This document shows positions 7,565-16,587 of a DNA stretch of 32,000 bases, in pieces. Source of the stretch: Haloferax volcanii DS2 (GTDB lineage Archaea; Halobacteriota; Halobacteria; Halobacteriales; Haloferacaceae); contig NC_013964.1 in NCBI RefSeq assembly GCF_000025685.1, positions 180,001 through 212,000 on the forward strand. Direction: 5' to 3'. Each line of letters opens with the position of its first letter. The stretch's first letter is position 1. The position numbers and the translations under genes were made by a program. The notes below the pieces were generated by a model. That model was given only the letters and a program-made list of their open reading frames with translations, was not told the DNA's origin and made no database searches.

Positions 7565-9012
7565 TGTCTCGACTCGACCGCCTCGCCGACCGCGCCAACG
7601 ACGCCGGCGACGAGGCGTACGACTGGGTAGACGAGCGGTTCGACCTCGACACCGGCCGCGCGTTCCTCGGGAAGGCGTTCCCCGCCGAGGACTCCTTTCT
7701 CCTCGGCGAGGTGGCGCTGTTCTGCTTCCTGCTTCTCGTCCTCACCGGGATATTCCTCGGGATGTTCTTCGAGCCGTCGACGAGCGGCGTCGAATACGAG
7801 GGGAGCGTCGCGAAGTTCCAAGGCCAAGAGGTGCCCGAGGCGTTCGCGAGCGTCCTGCACATCACCTACGACATCCCCTTCGGCATGTTCATCCGGCGGA
7901 TGCACCACTGGGCGGCTCACCTGTTCGTCGCGTCCATCGGGCTGCACATGCTCAGGGTGTTTTTCACCGGGGCGTACCGCAATCCGCGCGAGCCGAACTG
8001 GGTCGTCGGCACCGGCCTAGCGGGCCTCTCTATGGGCGCGGCCTACACGGGGTACGCGCTTCCCTTCGACGAGTTCGCCGCGACGGCAACCGGCATCGGC
8101 TACAACCTCGCCACGTCGATTCCGCTCGTCGGAGGCGTGGTCGGGAAGGCGTTCTTCGGCGGGGAGTTCCCGTCGAGCGCGACGATACCGCGGCTCTACT
8201 TCCTCCACGTCCTCGTCATTCCCGTGGCAATCGGGGGGCTCCTCGCCGTCCACATGGCGATTCTCGTCCGCCAAAAGCACACGGAGGCCCCCCGCGATGA
8301 CGACGTGCGAGGACTCGAAAGCCGGGACCGACGCCCGGTCGAGGGGTCCCCGTCGAGCGACGGCGGCACCGAACAGACCGTCTCGAGAGACGACGACAGC
8401 GTCGTCGTCGGCCTCCCGGCGTTCCCCAATCAGGCGGCCGTGAGCGCGGTCGTGTTCTTCCTCACGCTGGCCACGCTGGCGATGCTGGCCGGGTTCCTCC
8501 CGGTCCACAACATCGCCGAGTACGGGCCGAACAACCCCGCTGGGACGCCGGAACTCATCATGCCCGACTGGTTCCTGATGTGGGTCTACGGCCTGCTGAA
8601 ACTGCTCCCGTCGTGGATGGGATTCACCGTTCCGCTCACCGACATCCACGTCTCGACGGAGTTCGTCGGCGGCGTCCTGCTGCCGACGCTCGTGTTCGGC
8701 GCGGTGGCGGTGTGGCCGTTCGTCGACTACCACGACGAATCGGTCCACTTCACGGCCGACCCACTCGACCGGCCGTGGCAGACCGCCGTCGGCGTCGCCG
8801 CGATTCAGTTCATCATGATTGCCTCCATCGCGGGCATGAACAACCTCCTCGGCCGGGCGCTCGGCGTCGGAACCGGCGTCGTCAATCCGATTTTGACCGT
8901 CGCGTTGTTCGTCGTCCCCATCGGCTCCGCAGCCCTCGTCTACCGCATGCTGGGCGACGACGCGGACGAGAGCCGAACCGGACGCGTTCCGGGGGAAGCC
9001 GGCGATGACTGA
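7564..9012 (+). CDS. narC: cytochrome b (bc1/b6-type, fused N- and C-terminal halves; NarC-type)
   Basis: Internal ATG at 7564 overlaps the narB TGA (gTGATGt). Haem-ligand contexts [25 protein letters not shown] and [28 protein letters not shown](L)MW-type motif [15 protein letters not shown]. About 10 hydrophobic helices. Confidence 0.9.
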   Translation: MSRLDRLADRANDAGDEAYDWVDERFDLDTGRAFLGKAFPAEDSFLLGEVALFCFLLLVLTGIFLGMFFEPSTSGVEYEGSVAKFQGQEVPEAFASVLHITYDIPFGMFIRRMHHWAAHLFVASIGLHMLRVFFTGAYRNPREPNWVVGTGLAGLSMGAAYTGYALPFDEFAATATGIGYNLATSIPLVGGVVGKAFFGGEFPSSATIPRLYFLHVLVIPVAIGGLLAVHMAILVRQKHTEAPRDDDVRGLESRDRRPVEGSPSSDGGTEQTVSRDDDSVVVGLPAFPNQAAVSAVVFFLTLATLAMLAGFLPVHNIAEYGPNNPAGTPELIMPDWFLMWVYGLLKLLPSWMGFTVPLTDIHVSTEFVGGVLLPTLVFGAVAVWPFVDYHDESVHFTADPLDRPWQTAVGVAAIQFIMIASIAGMNNLLGRALGVGTGVVNPILTVALFVVPIGSAALVYRMLGDDADESRTGRVPGEAGDD

Positions 9013-9217
9013 CGCGAACACCGGCGGGGCTCCGCGGCGACGCATCGAACTCTCGCCTCGGACGTACCGACACCTCGACCGCGCGAGTAAGCTCCTCGGC
9101 GTGGCGCTCGTCGCCGTCGGCCTCGACGCGGGTGGTGACACGCTCGTGGGGATTTCGCTCGGCGTTCTGGGCGCCGGGCTGGCACTAACGACCGTCTTTT
9201 TACAGATAGATTCATGA
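9005..9217 (+). CDS. small two-TM membrane protein between narC and narG (ORF4-like)
   Basis: Track ORF of 70 aa. It overlaps the narC end by 8 nt (ATGACTGA) and the narG start by 4 nt (ATGA). Hydrophobic segments [11 protein letters not shown] and [17 protein letters not shown]. Confidence 0.6.
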   Translation: MTDANTGGAPRRRIELSPRTYRHLDRASKLLGVALVAVGLDAGGDTLVGISLGVLGAGLALTTVFLQIDS

Positions 9218-12165
9218 ACCGAACGAACACCTCGACCCCCGACGACGAGTCGGGAACGGACGAATCGCAAGCCGAACAGACGGACGACCCGCCGGCGGTC
9301 GGTGACCCGCCGGGAGAGCCGGCGACCGAGGGAACGAGCGTCTCCCGTCGTCGGTTCCTCGAAGGCGTCGGAATCGCCTCGCTTCTCGGCATCGGCCGGT
9401 CCGCTGCCGACGACGACCCGCTGTTCCAGATGGGCGGGCTGAACCCCGTCGACGACCCCATCGGGAACTACCCCTACCGGGACTGGGAGGACCTCTACCG
9501 CGAGCAATGGGACTGGGACTCGGTCTCTCGGTCGACGCATAGCGTCAACTGTACCGGCAGCTGCTCGTGGGACGTCTACGTGAAAAACGGGCAGGTGTGG
9601 CGCGAGGAGCAGGCCGGTGACTACCCGCGGTTCGACGAGAGCCTGCCCGACCCGAACCCCCGCGGCTGTCAGAAAGGGGCGTGTTACACCGACTACGTCA
9701 ACGCGGACGAGCGAATCAAACACCCGCTGAAGCGCGTTGGCGACCGCGGCGAGGGGAAGTGGCGGCGCATCTCGTGGGACGAGGCGCTCACCGAAATCGC
9801 CGAGCACGTCGTCGACGAGGTGCAGGCCGGTCGCTACGACGCCATCAGCGGCTTCACTCCCATCCCGGCGATGAGCCCCGTCTCGTTCGCCAGCGGGTCG
9901 CGGCTCATCAACCTCCTCGGCGGCGTCAGCCACTCGTTTTACGACTGGTACTCCGACCTGCCGCCGGGCCAGCCCATCACGTGGGGCACCCAGACCGACA
10001 ACGCCGAGAGCGCCGACTGGTACAACGCCGACTACATCATCGCGTGGGGGTCGAACATCAACGTCACCCGCATCCCCGACGCGAAGTACTTCCTCGAATC
10101 GGGCTACAACGGGACGAAGCGCGTCGGCGTCTTCACCGACTACTCGCAGACGGCCATCCACACCGACGAGTGGCTCAGCCCCGATTCGGGCACCGACACC
10201 GCGCTCGCGCTCGGTATGGCCCGGACCATCGTCGACGAGGGACTGTACGACGAGGCCCACCTCAAAGAGCAGACCGACATGCCGCTTTTGGTCCGGCAGG
10301 ACACCGGGAAGTTCCTCCGCGCGAGCGAGGTTCCCTCGGTCTCGACCGACGCCGACCGACCCGAGTGGATGTTGCTCATGCTCGACTCTGACGGACGCCT
10401 CCGCGAGGCACCGGGGTCGCTCGGTGAACGCGACGGCCAGAAAGACTACTCCAAGAGCATCGAACTCGACTTCGACCCGCAACTGGACGGCGAAACCACG
10501 GTCCGAACCGAAGACGGGCGCGTCCGCGTCCGGACCGTGTGGGCCGAACTGCGGGACGAACTCGATGACTGGGGCCCGGAGACCGTCCACGACGAGACCG
10601 GCGTCGGCGAAGAGACCTACCAGCGCGTCGCCCGCGAGTTCGCCGAGGCCGACAAGGCGAAGATAATCCAGGGCAAGGGCGTCAACGACTGGTACCACAA
10701 CGACCTCGGGAACCGCGCGCTCCAGTTGCTCGTCACGCTGACGGGCAACCTCGGCGAGCAGGGGACCGGCCTCGACCACTACGTCGGCCAAGAGAAGATA
10801 TGGACGTTCCACGGCTGGAAGTCGCTGTCGTTCCCGACGGGCAACGTCCGCGGGGTGCCGACGACGCTGTGGACCTACTACCACGCGGGCATCCTCGACA
10901 ACACCGACGCCGACACGGCCGCGAAGATACGGGAGTCCATCGACGAGGGATGGATGCCGGTCTACCCCGAGGAACGCGACGACGGCTCTCGTCCCGACCC
11001 GACGACCATGTTCGTCTGGCGCGGCAACTACTTCAACCAGGCGAAGGGGAACGTCGCCGTCGAGGAGGAACTGTGGCCGAAACTCGACCTCGTCGTCGAC
11101 ATCAACTTCCGGATGGACTCGACGGCGCTGTACTCGGACATCGTGTTGCCGACCGCGAGCCACTACGAGAAACACGACCTCTCGATGACGGACATGCACA
11201 GCTACGTGCATCCCTTCACGCCCGCGGTCGAACCGCTGGGGGAGTCGAAGACCGACTGGCAGATATTCCGCGAACTCGCCGCGAAGATTCAGGAGGTCGC
11301 CACGGAGCGCGGCGTCGGGCCGATTTCGGACCGGAAGTTCGACCGCGACATCGACCTCCAGTCCGTCTACGACGACTACGTCCGCGACTGGGAGACCGGC
11401 GAAGCCGACGCGCTCGACGAGGACCGCGCCGCCTGCGAGTACATCCTCGAACACTCCGAGGAATCGAATCCGTCCGAGAGCGACGACCAGATAACGTTCG
11501 CCGACACGGTCGAACAACCCCAGCGGCTCTTGGCCGCCGGCGACCACTGGACCTCCGACATCGAGGACGGGGCGGCGTACACGCCGTGGAAGGACTTCGT
11601 CCAGGACAAAAACCCGTGGCCGACCGTCACCGGCAGACAGCAGTACTACATCGACCACGACTGGTTCCTCGAACTCGGCGAGCAGTTGCCGACGCACAAA
11701 GAGGGGCCGACGCGGACGGGCGGCGACTATCCGATGGAGTACAACACGCCCCACGGGCGGTGGTCTATCCACTCGACTTGGCGAGACAACGAAAAACTGC
11801 TCCGCCTCCAGCGCGGGGAGCCGGTGGTCTACCTCCATCCCGAGGACGCCGCCGAGCGCGGCATCGAAGACGGCGACACCGTCGAGGTGTTCAACGACCT
11901 CGCGGAGGTCGAACTGCAGGCGAAGCTCTACCCGAGCAGCCAGCGCGGCACGGCGCGGATGTACTTCGCCTGGGAGCGGTTCCAGTTCGACGGCGACACG
12001 AACTTCAACTCGCTCGTCCCGATGTACATGAAGCCGACGCAGTTGGTCCAGTATCCGGAAGACTCCGGCGAACACCTCTACTTCTTCCCCAACTACTGGG
12101 GGCCGACGGGGGTCAACAGCGACGTCCGCGTCGACGTGCGGAAAGGCGGGGGTGATGCCGAATGA
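9214..12165 (+). CDS. narG: respiratory nitrate reductase catalytic subunit, Tat-exported (pNarG; type II DMSO-reductase family)
   Basis: 983-aa track ORF. Twin-arginine motif SRRRFLEGVGIASLL (SRRRFL encoded at 9343-9360) follows an acidic N-region. FS0 cluster motif HSVNCTGSCSWDVYVKNG. The length and conserved blocks are typical of molybdopterin oxidoreductases. Confidence 0.95.
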   Translation: MNRTNTSTPDDESGTDESQAEQTDDPPAVGDPPGEPATEGTSVSRRRFLEGVGIASLLGIGRSAADDDPLFQMGGLNPVDDPIGNYPYRDWEDLYREQWDWDSVSRSTHSVNCTGSCSWDVYVKNGQVWREEQAGDYPRFDESLPDPNPRGCQKGACYTDYVNADERIKHPLKRVGDRGEGKWRRISWDEALTEIAEHVVDEVQAGRYDAISGFTPIPAMSPVSFASGSRLINLLGGVSHSFYDWYSDLPPGQPITWGTQTDNAESADWYNADYIIAWGSNINVTRIPDAKYFLESGYNGTKRVGVFTDYSQTAIHTDEWLSPDSGTDTALALGMARTIVDEGLYDEAHLKEQTDMPLLVRQDTGKFLRASEVPSVSTDADRPEWMLLMLDSDGRLREAPGSLGERDGQKDYSKSIELDFDPQLDGETTVRTEDGRVRVRTVWAELRDELDDWGPETVHDETGVGEETYQRVAREFAEADKAKIIQGKGVNDWYHNDLGNRALQLLVTLTGNLGEQGTGLDHYVGQEKIWTFHGWKSLSFPTGNVRGVPTTLWTYYHAGILDNTDADTAAKIRESIDEGWMPVYPEERDDGSRPDPTTMFVWRGNYFNQAKGNVAVEEELWPKLDLVVDINFRMDSTALYSDIVLPTASHYEKHDLSMTDMHSYVHPFTPAVEPLGESKTDWQIFRELAAKIQEVATERGVGPISDRKFDRDIDLQSVYDDYVRDWETGEADALDEDRAACEYILEHSEESNPSESDDQITFADTVEQPQRLLAAGDHWTSDIEDGAAYTPWKDFVQDKNPWPTVTGRQQYYIDHDWFLELGEQLPTHKEGPTRTGGDYPMEYNTPHGRWSIHSTWRDNEKLLRLQRGEPVVYLHPEDAAERGIEDGDTVEVFNDLAEVELQAKLYPSSQRGTARMYFAWERFQFDGDTNFNSLVPMYMKPTQLVQYPEDSGEHLYFFPNYWGPTGVNSDVRVDVRKGGGDAE

Positions 12166-13232
12166 GCACCGACGACGGGCCAGCAGCACAGACCGACGGC
12201 GACGGGGTCGACCTCGCCGACGGTGTCGACCATCAGGTCGCCATGGTGATGGACCTGAACAAGTGCATCGGCTGTCAGACCTGCACGGTCGCGTGCAAGT
12301 CGCTCTGGACGGAGGGCGGCGGCCGCGACTACATGTACTGGAACAACGTCGAGACGAAGCCCGGGAAGGGCTACCCGCGCGACTGGGAGGACTCCGGCGG
12401 CGGTTGGACGGACGCCGAACACACCGAGCGAAGCCCCGGCGACATCCCCGACCAAGCGGACTACGGTGACGCGTGGTCGTTCAACCACGAGGAGGTCATG
12501 TACAACGGCGGCGACTGGCCGCTGCGTCCCGACAGCGACCCCGAGTGGGGGCCGAACTGGGACGAAGACCAAGGCGCGGGCGAGTATCCGAACTCGTACT
12601 ACTTCTACCTCCCGCGCATCTGCAACCACTGCACGCACCCGTCCTGCGTGGAGGCGTGCCCGCGGAAGGCCATCTACAAGCGCGAGGAGGACGGCATCGT
12701 CCTCATCGACCAGGAGCGCTGCCGCGGCTACCGCTACTGCGTCGAGGGTTGTCCGTACAAGAAGGTGTACTACAACGCGACGCAGAAGACCTCCGAGAAG
12801 TGCATCTTCTGTTACCCCCGCATCGAGGGCGAGGGCCCCGACGGCGAGACGTTCGCCCCCGCCTGCGCGGAGGACTGCCCGCCGCAGTTGCGACTCGTCG
12901 GGTTCCTCGACGACGAACAGGGGCCGATTCACAAGCTCGTCGAGGAGTACGAGGTCGCACTCCCGCTGCATCCGGAGTACCAGACGCAGCCGAACGTCTA
13001 CTACATCCCGCCGTTCGCGCCGCCGCAGCACTCCGAAGACGGCGAGACGGTGGACGTGGACCGCATCCCGCGGAACTACCTCGAAGAGCTGTTCGGCGAC
13101 CGCGTCCACGACGCGCTCGACACCATCGAGAAGGAACGCGACAAGGTCGACCGCGGCGGGGAAAGCGAACTGCTGGATATGCTGACCGACACCAACCCGG
13201 CCCGAAAGTACCGGTTGGAGGTGTTCGACTGA
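12162..13232 (+). CDS. narH: nitrate reductase iron-sulfur subunit
   Basis: Four Cys groups: CIGCQTCTVACK, CNHCTHPSCVEACP, CRGYRYCVEGCP and CIFCYPR...CAEDCP. ATGA overlap with narG. Confidence 0.95.
   Translation: MSTDDGPAAQTDGDGVDLADGVDHQVAMVMDLNKCIGCQTCTVACKSLWTEGGGRDYMYWNNVETKPGKGYPRDWEDSGGGWTDAEHTERSPGDIPDQADYGDAWSFNHEEVMYNGGDWPLRPDSDPEWGPNWDEDQGAGEYPNSYYFYLPRICNHCTHPSCVEACPRKAIYKREEDGIVLIDQERCRGYRYCVEGCPYKKVYYNATQKTSEKCIFCYPRIEGEGPDGETFAPACAEDCPPQLRLVGFLDDEQGPIHKLVEEYEVALPLHPEYQTQPNVYYIPPFAPPQHSEDGETVDVDRIPRNYLEELFGDRVHDALDTIEKERDKVDRGGESELLDMLTDTNPARKYRLEVFD
13217..13229 (+). repeat. 13-nt direct repeat GGAGGTGTTCGAC, copy 1 (SD-like, at the narH 3' end)
   Basis: Exact repeat of 13276-13288. 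Followed by TGATG. Confidence 0.9.
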
Positions 13233-13297
13233 TGCGAGCAACGCGAGCGAAGTCGGGCTCGCCGGGACTCGTTCCGGAGGTGTTCGACGATGAGTGA
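13232..13297 (+). CDS. 21-codon bridge micro-ORF between narH and the haem-subunit gene (speculative)
   Basis: The ATG at 13232 overlaps the narH TGA by 1 nt. Translation: MRATRAKSGSPGLVPEVFDDE. Its stop (13295-13297) overlaps the next gene's ATG at 13290. Both starts are preceded by the same GGAGGTGTTCGAC. Confidence 0.25.
   Translation: MRATRAKSGSPGLVPEVFDDE
13276..13288 (+). repeat. 13-nt direct repeat GGAGGTGTTCGAC, copy 2 (SD-like, 1 nt before ATG 13290)
   Basis: Exact repeat of 13217-13229, 59 nt downstream of copy 1. Confidence 0.9.
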
Positions 13298-14105
13298 ACG
13301 TCGAACGGCCGCAGTCGCCGCAGTCGCCGTCGTGGTGCTGCTCCTGCTCGTCGCGGTGGCCGGCCCCGCGGCGGTGTCCGCGCGCCCCGCGAACGAGATT
13401 CCCGTCCAATCGGTCGCTGCCGACGACCGACCCCAGCGGCCCACGAGCGAGGCGTGGAACACCGTTCCGTCGGTGAACGTCCCGCTGACGAGCGCGCCCA
13501 GTGGCGTTCCGAACGCGAGCGACACCTCCGTCGAATCGGTTCGCGTCCAGTCGGCCCAGACCGACGAGCGGTTGTATCTCCGACTCTCGTGGGCCGACGG
13601 AACCGCCGACCGCAACGCCACCAGTCCGAGGTCGTTCCTCGACGCGGCCGCGGTGCAGGTACCGGTCAACACCTCGGTCCGCCCCCCGATTTCGATGGGG
13701 AGCACGCGGAACCTTGTGAACGTCTGGTACTGGAGCGCCGACGGGGAGACCGAGGAACTGCTCGCCGGCGGCCCGGGGTCCACGACCGAGTTCGAACGGA
13801 CGGCGGTGGAGACGACGGCGAGCCACGACGACGGCCGGTGGACGGTCGTCATGTCGCGCCCGCTCGATTCGGATGCCGCCAACCGGACCTCGTTCGCCGT
13901 CGACAACGACGTGGACGTGGCGTTCGCGGTGTGGAACGGCTCCGAGATGGAGCGCTCCGGCCGGAAGTCGGTCAGCGAGTGGTACCACTTCCCGTTCGGC
14001 CCCGGACCGCAGGGGCCGCCGTACGAGTCGATACTGTGGACCGTCGCCGGCCTCGCCATCGTCGGCGTCGCGCTCGTGACTATCGAGGCGGTGCGGAAGA
14101 ACTGA
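13290..14105 (+). CDS. EbdC/DdhC/SerC-like haem-b subunit with N-terminal signal and C-terminal TM anchor (nar ORF7-like)
   Basis: Track ORF of 271 aa. Signal-like AAVAAVAVVVLLLLVAVAGPAAVSA. Family-like blocks LYLRLSWAD, AAAVQVP, PPISMGS, VNVWYWSA, VAFAVWNGSE and RSGRKSVSEWYHF. C-terminal helix ILWTVAGLAIVGVALVTI. Five N-x-S/T sequons. Confidence 0.8.
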   Translation: MSERRTAAVAAVAVVVLLLLVAVAGPAAVSARPANEIPVQSVAADDRPQRPTSEAWNTVPSVNVPLTSAPSGVPNASDTSVESVRVQSAQTDERLYLRLSWADGTADRNATSPRSFLDAAAVQVPVNTSVRPPISMGSTRNLVNVWYWSADGETEELLAGGPGSTTEFERTAVETTASHDDGRWTVVMSRPLDSDAANRTSFAVDNDVDVAFAVWNGSEMERSGRKSVSEWYHFPFGPGPQGPPYESILWTVAGLAIVGVALVTIEAVRKN

Positions 14106-14115
14106 GGACACGACG

Positions 14116-14862
14116 ATGGACACGAACACCAACGCGGAGACGCGAACTGACGACACGAACCGCGACACCGACCGAGTCGATTCGAGCGGGGTCGACCGAC
14201 CCGCGGCGGCGCAGGCGGCGATCTATACCGCGCTGGCGACGTTGCTCGACGAGCCAGACGAGCGGCTCCACGAGCGACTCGCCGCCGGCGAAGTCGACGA
14301 GACCGTCCGGGGGCTCCTCGATGCGACCGGACTCTCGGTCGCCCCGCCGGAACTGACCGTCGACGACGACTACGAGACGGCCTGCGCCCGGTTCAACGAC
14401 CTGTTCACGGTGGGCTACGCCGAGTACGCGGACCGGACGGACGGCTCGCTCGACAGCGAGGGGCCGCGTATCTCGCTGTACGAGTCGTCGTACCGGCCGG
14501 ACGCGGCGTGGAACGACGTGAATCTCGACCTCGCACGCGCCTACGACTACTTCGGGCTCGAAATCGACCGAGAGGCCCGCGACAACCACGACTACCTCCC
14601 GTACGAACTGGAGTTCGCGAGCTACCTCGCGCGGCTGGAGGCCGCGGCCGACCCGGGTGACGGGCGCGCCGACGACGCGGCGCGGGCACGGCTCGATTTC
14701 CACGACCGTCACCTCCACGTCGTCGCCGGGGGCTTGGCTGAACGAGCGGCCGACACGCCCGGTACGGGTCTGTACGGCGAAGTCGCGAGCTTCCTCGACC
14801 GGTTCGTCGCCGCCGACCAGCGCGCGCTCGCCGCGCGTTTCGAGGGAGGTGACGGACCGTGA
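14116..14862 (+). CDS. narJ: nitrate reductase assembly chaperone (NarJ/TorD family)
   Basis: Track ORF of 248 aa. TorD-like blocks YTALATLL, ARFNDLFTVG, SLYESSY and DHDYLPYELEFASYLA. Canonical position after narH and the gamma-like subunit. Confidence 0.85.
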   Translation: MDTNTNAETRTDDTNRDTDRVDSSGVDRPAAAQAAIYTALATLLDEPDERLHERLAAGEVDETVRGLLDATGLSVAPPELTVDDDYETACARFNDLFTVGYAEYADRTDGSLDSEGPRISLYESSYRPDAAWNDVNLDLARAYDYFGLEIDREARDNHDYLPYELEFASYLARLEAAADPGDGRADDAARARLDFHDRHLHVVAGGLAERAADTPGTGLYGEVASFLDRFVAADQRALAARFEGGDGP

Positions 14863-15758
14863 CCGGTCGGGGCGTCGAGGACGCCGTCGGCTCGAATCCA
14901 CGGCCGTCCGGAGTCGCCGCGCTCCGGTCTCGAACGCCCGACGGGGTGCTTCGAACACTAGCAGGCGTCCTCGCAGTCGTCCCGCTCGCCGCGGTGACGG
15001 CGTACCGCGTCGGCCACAACGTTCCCGGCGGTCTCCCGGCGGGCGTCACGACGCTTGCGGCCGACTGGTCGGCGCTGGCCGTGGTCGGTCCCGCGTTCGC
15101 GGGGCTGCTCCTCGCGGCGACCGCCGACAGTAAAGTCGAGCGCGTGGGACTCGCCTTCGCCGGCGGATTTGGAGTCCTGGCACTCGGGACAGCGGCCGCG
15201 GCGTGGCAGCCGGCTGCAATCGGCGTTTCGGTCGGGGTCGCGGTCGTCGCGGCGGACCGGTTCGTCGCGCCCGGACGGAAACGAGAGTGGAACGGAGCCC
15301 GACGAGCCGCGCCGGTCGGCTTCGCCGCGGTCGGTGTGGCGACCTCGCTCGCGGCGGCCGCCGGCGTGTGGCCGGCGACGCTCCGACCGCTCGGCTCCGG
15401 GGTCGCGCTCGCCGCGGTCGGCGTCGTCCCACTCGCTGTCGGCTGGGATAGAATCAGTGCGCTAGCCGGCATAACCGCGGGACTCGCCACATTCGGAATC
15501 GTCGCAAGCGCCCCGTACGTCGCGGGTGCGGTACTGCTCGTCGGCGGCGGTGTCGTCGGCGTTCCGACGAGTCTCGTCGCCTTCGCCGCGGCCGGCGGAA
15601 CCGCCGGCGCCGTCTCCGCGCTCCGCGACGGTCGGCCCGCCGTCGCGCTCGGAGCCGCGTTGTTCTGCGTGGCCGGCGTCCCCGCGACAGTGCTCCGAGC
15701 AACCGGGGTCGTCGTCGCGGCTGCGTTGGTCGCGTACGACGGGGGTGAGCGAGCGTGA
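14859..15758 (+). CDS. Ala/Gly/Val-rich polytopic membrane protein, function unknown
   Basis: Track ORF of 299 aa with about 8 hydrophobic segments. The GTG start overlaps the narJ stop (GTGA, 14859-14862). The third-position GC pattern is consistent with coding in this frame. Confidence 0.6.
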   Translation: MTGRGVEDAVGSNPRPSGVAALRSRTPDGVLRTLAGVLAVVPLAAVTAYRVGHNVPGGLPAGVTTLAADWSALAVVGPAFAGLLLAATADSKVERVGLAFAGGFGVLALGTAAAAWQPAAIGVSVGVAVVAADRFVAPGRKREWNGARRAAPVGFAAVGVATSLAAAAGVWPATLRPLGSGVALAAVGVVPLAVGWDRISALAGITAGLATFGIVASAPYVAGAVLLVGGGVVGVPTSLVAFAAAGGTAGAVSALRDGRPAVALGAALFCVAGVPATVLRATGVVVAAALVAYDGGERA

Positions 15759-16585
15759 GAGACGAAGAGGAGGCGACCGACGGGCCGCCGGACCCGCAGC
15801 TACACCCCGAACAGAGCCCCGGATTCGGTGTCGACCCTGTGGGCCTCGAAGACATCGAAGTCGACCGCGACGTGACCATCGGCGAGGCGACGCTCGCCGA
15901 CCTCGGCGCAAGCGACACGGAGCCCGTCGAGGACCACCCGGTCTCTGACCTGCTCGCGTCGCTCGCCGGTGACGGCGCGGTCGAGCGTCGGCGGGCCGCA
16001 CTCGCGCTCGCCGAACGGGAGGGCGACAGGGTCGTTGTGGAAGCGTTGTCCCGCGCGGCGACGACAGACGAGGACGCCGAAGTGCGGCAGTTCGCCGTGG
16101 AGGCGCTGGCGAAACACGGCGGCGACCTCGCGGCCGAGACCGCGCGGGCGCTGACCGACGACCCCGACCCGTGGGTTCGGGCCGAGGCCGTCGTCGCGCT
16201 CGACCGCCTGGACCGGGGAGAACACGAAGCGGTCATCGAAGCCGCACTTGACGACGAGCACCACGCCGCCCGGCGAAACGCGCTCGTCTCGCTTTTCAAA
16301 CTCCGCGGCGAGGGCGCGTGTGACGCGCTCGTTGCCGCCGCCGACGACCCGAGCGAGCGGGTTCGAGAGTGGGCGGCGCACCTGCTCGGCGGGGTCGAAA
16401 CCGACCGGGCGGCCGAGGCGCTGTCCCGACTCGCCGACGACGAACAGAGCGTCGTGCGAGAAACGGCGGTTCGGGCCCAAGAGGTCGATTCCGGGAGCTT
16501 CCGACGCCAGTTCACGGGCGTCCTCGACGAGACCGACCGCACCCTGCCCGGCGAAGACGACCTCAACCGAACGCCGAACCTCTGA
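15755..16585 (+). CDS. HEAT-repeat (PBS-lyase-type) protein
   Basis: Track ORF of 276 aa. Repeated D-x-(D/E)-x-x-VR-x-x-A-x-x-AL units: DEDAEVRQFAVEALAKHG, DPDPWVRAEAVVALDRL, DEHHAARRNALVSLFKL, DPSERVREWAAHLLGGV and DEQSVVRETAVRA. GTGA overlap with the previous gene. Confidence 0.75.
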   Translation: MRDEEEATDGPPDPQLHPEQSPGFGVDPVGLEDIEVDRDVTIGEATLADLGASDTEPVEDHPVSDLLASLAGDGAVERRRAALALAEREGDRVVVEALSRAATTDEDAEVRQFAVEALAKHGGDLAAETARALTDDPDPWVRAEAVVALDRLDRGEHEAVIEAALDDEHHAARRNALVSLFKLRGEGACDALVAAADDPSERVREWAAHLLGGVETDRAAEALSRLADDEQSVVRETAVRAQEVDSGSFRRQFTGVLDETDRTLPGEDDLNRTPNL

Positions 16586-16587
16586 CC

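Noticed and set aside
8017-12189. Giant 1390-aa minus-strand ORF, the longest in the track
   Set aside because: It runs antisense to narC, the small ORF and narG, all of which have unmistakable cofactor motifs. Its translation is Arg/Val/Gly/Pro-rich with no recognisable domain. Long stop-free antisense frames are an expected artefact of very GC-rich coding DNA.
12093-14168. 691-aa minus-strand ORF, and similar long antisense ORFs (14080..14958, 14405..15490, 15454..17010, 17533..18474)
   Set aside because: All run antisense to well-supported plus-strand nar-operon genes. Their composition is basic and Arg-rich, which is atypical for a haloarchaeal proteome. No motifs were recognised.
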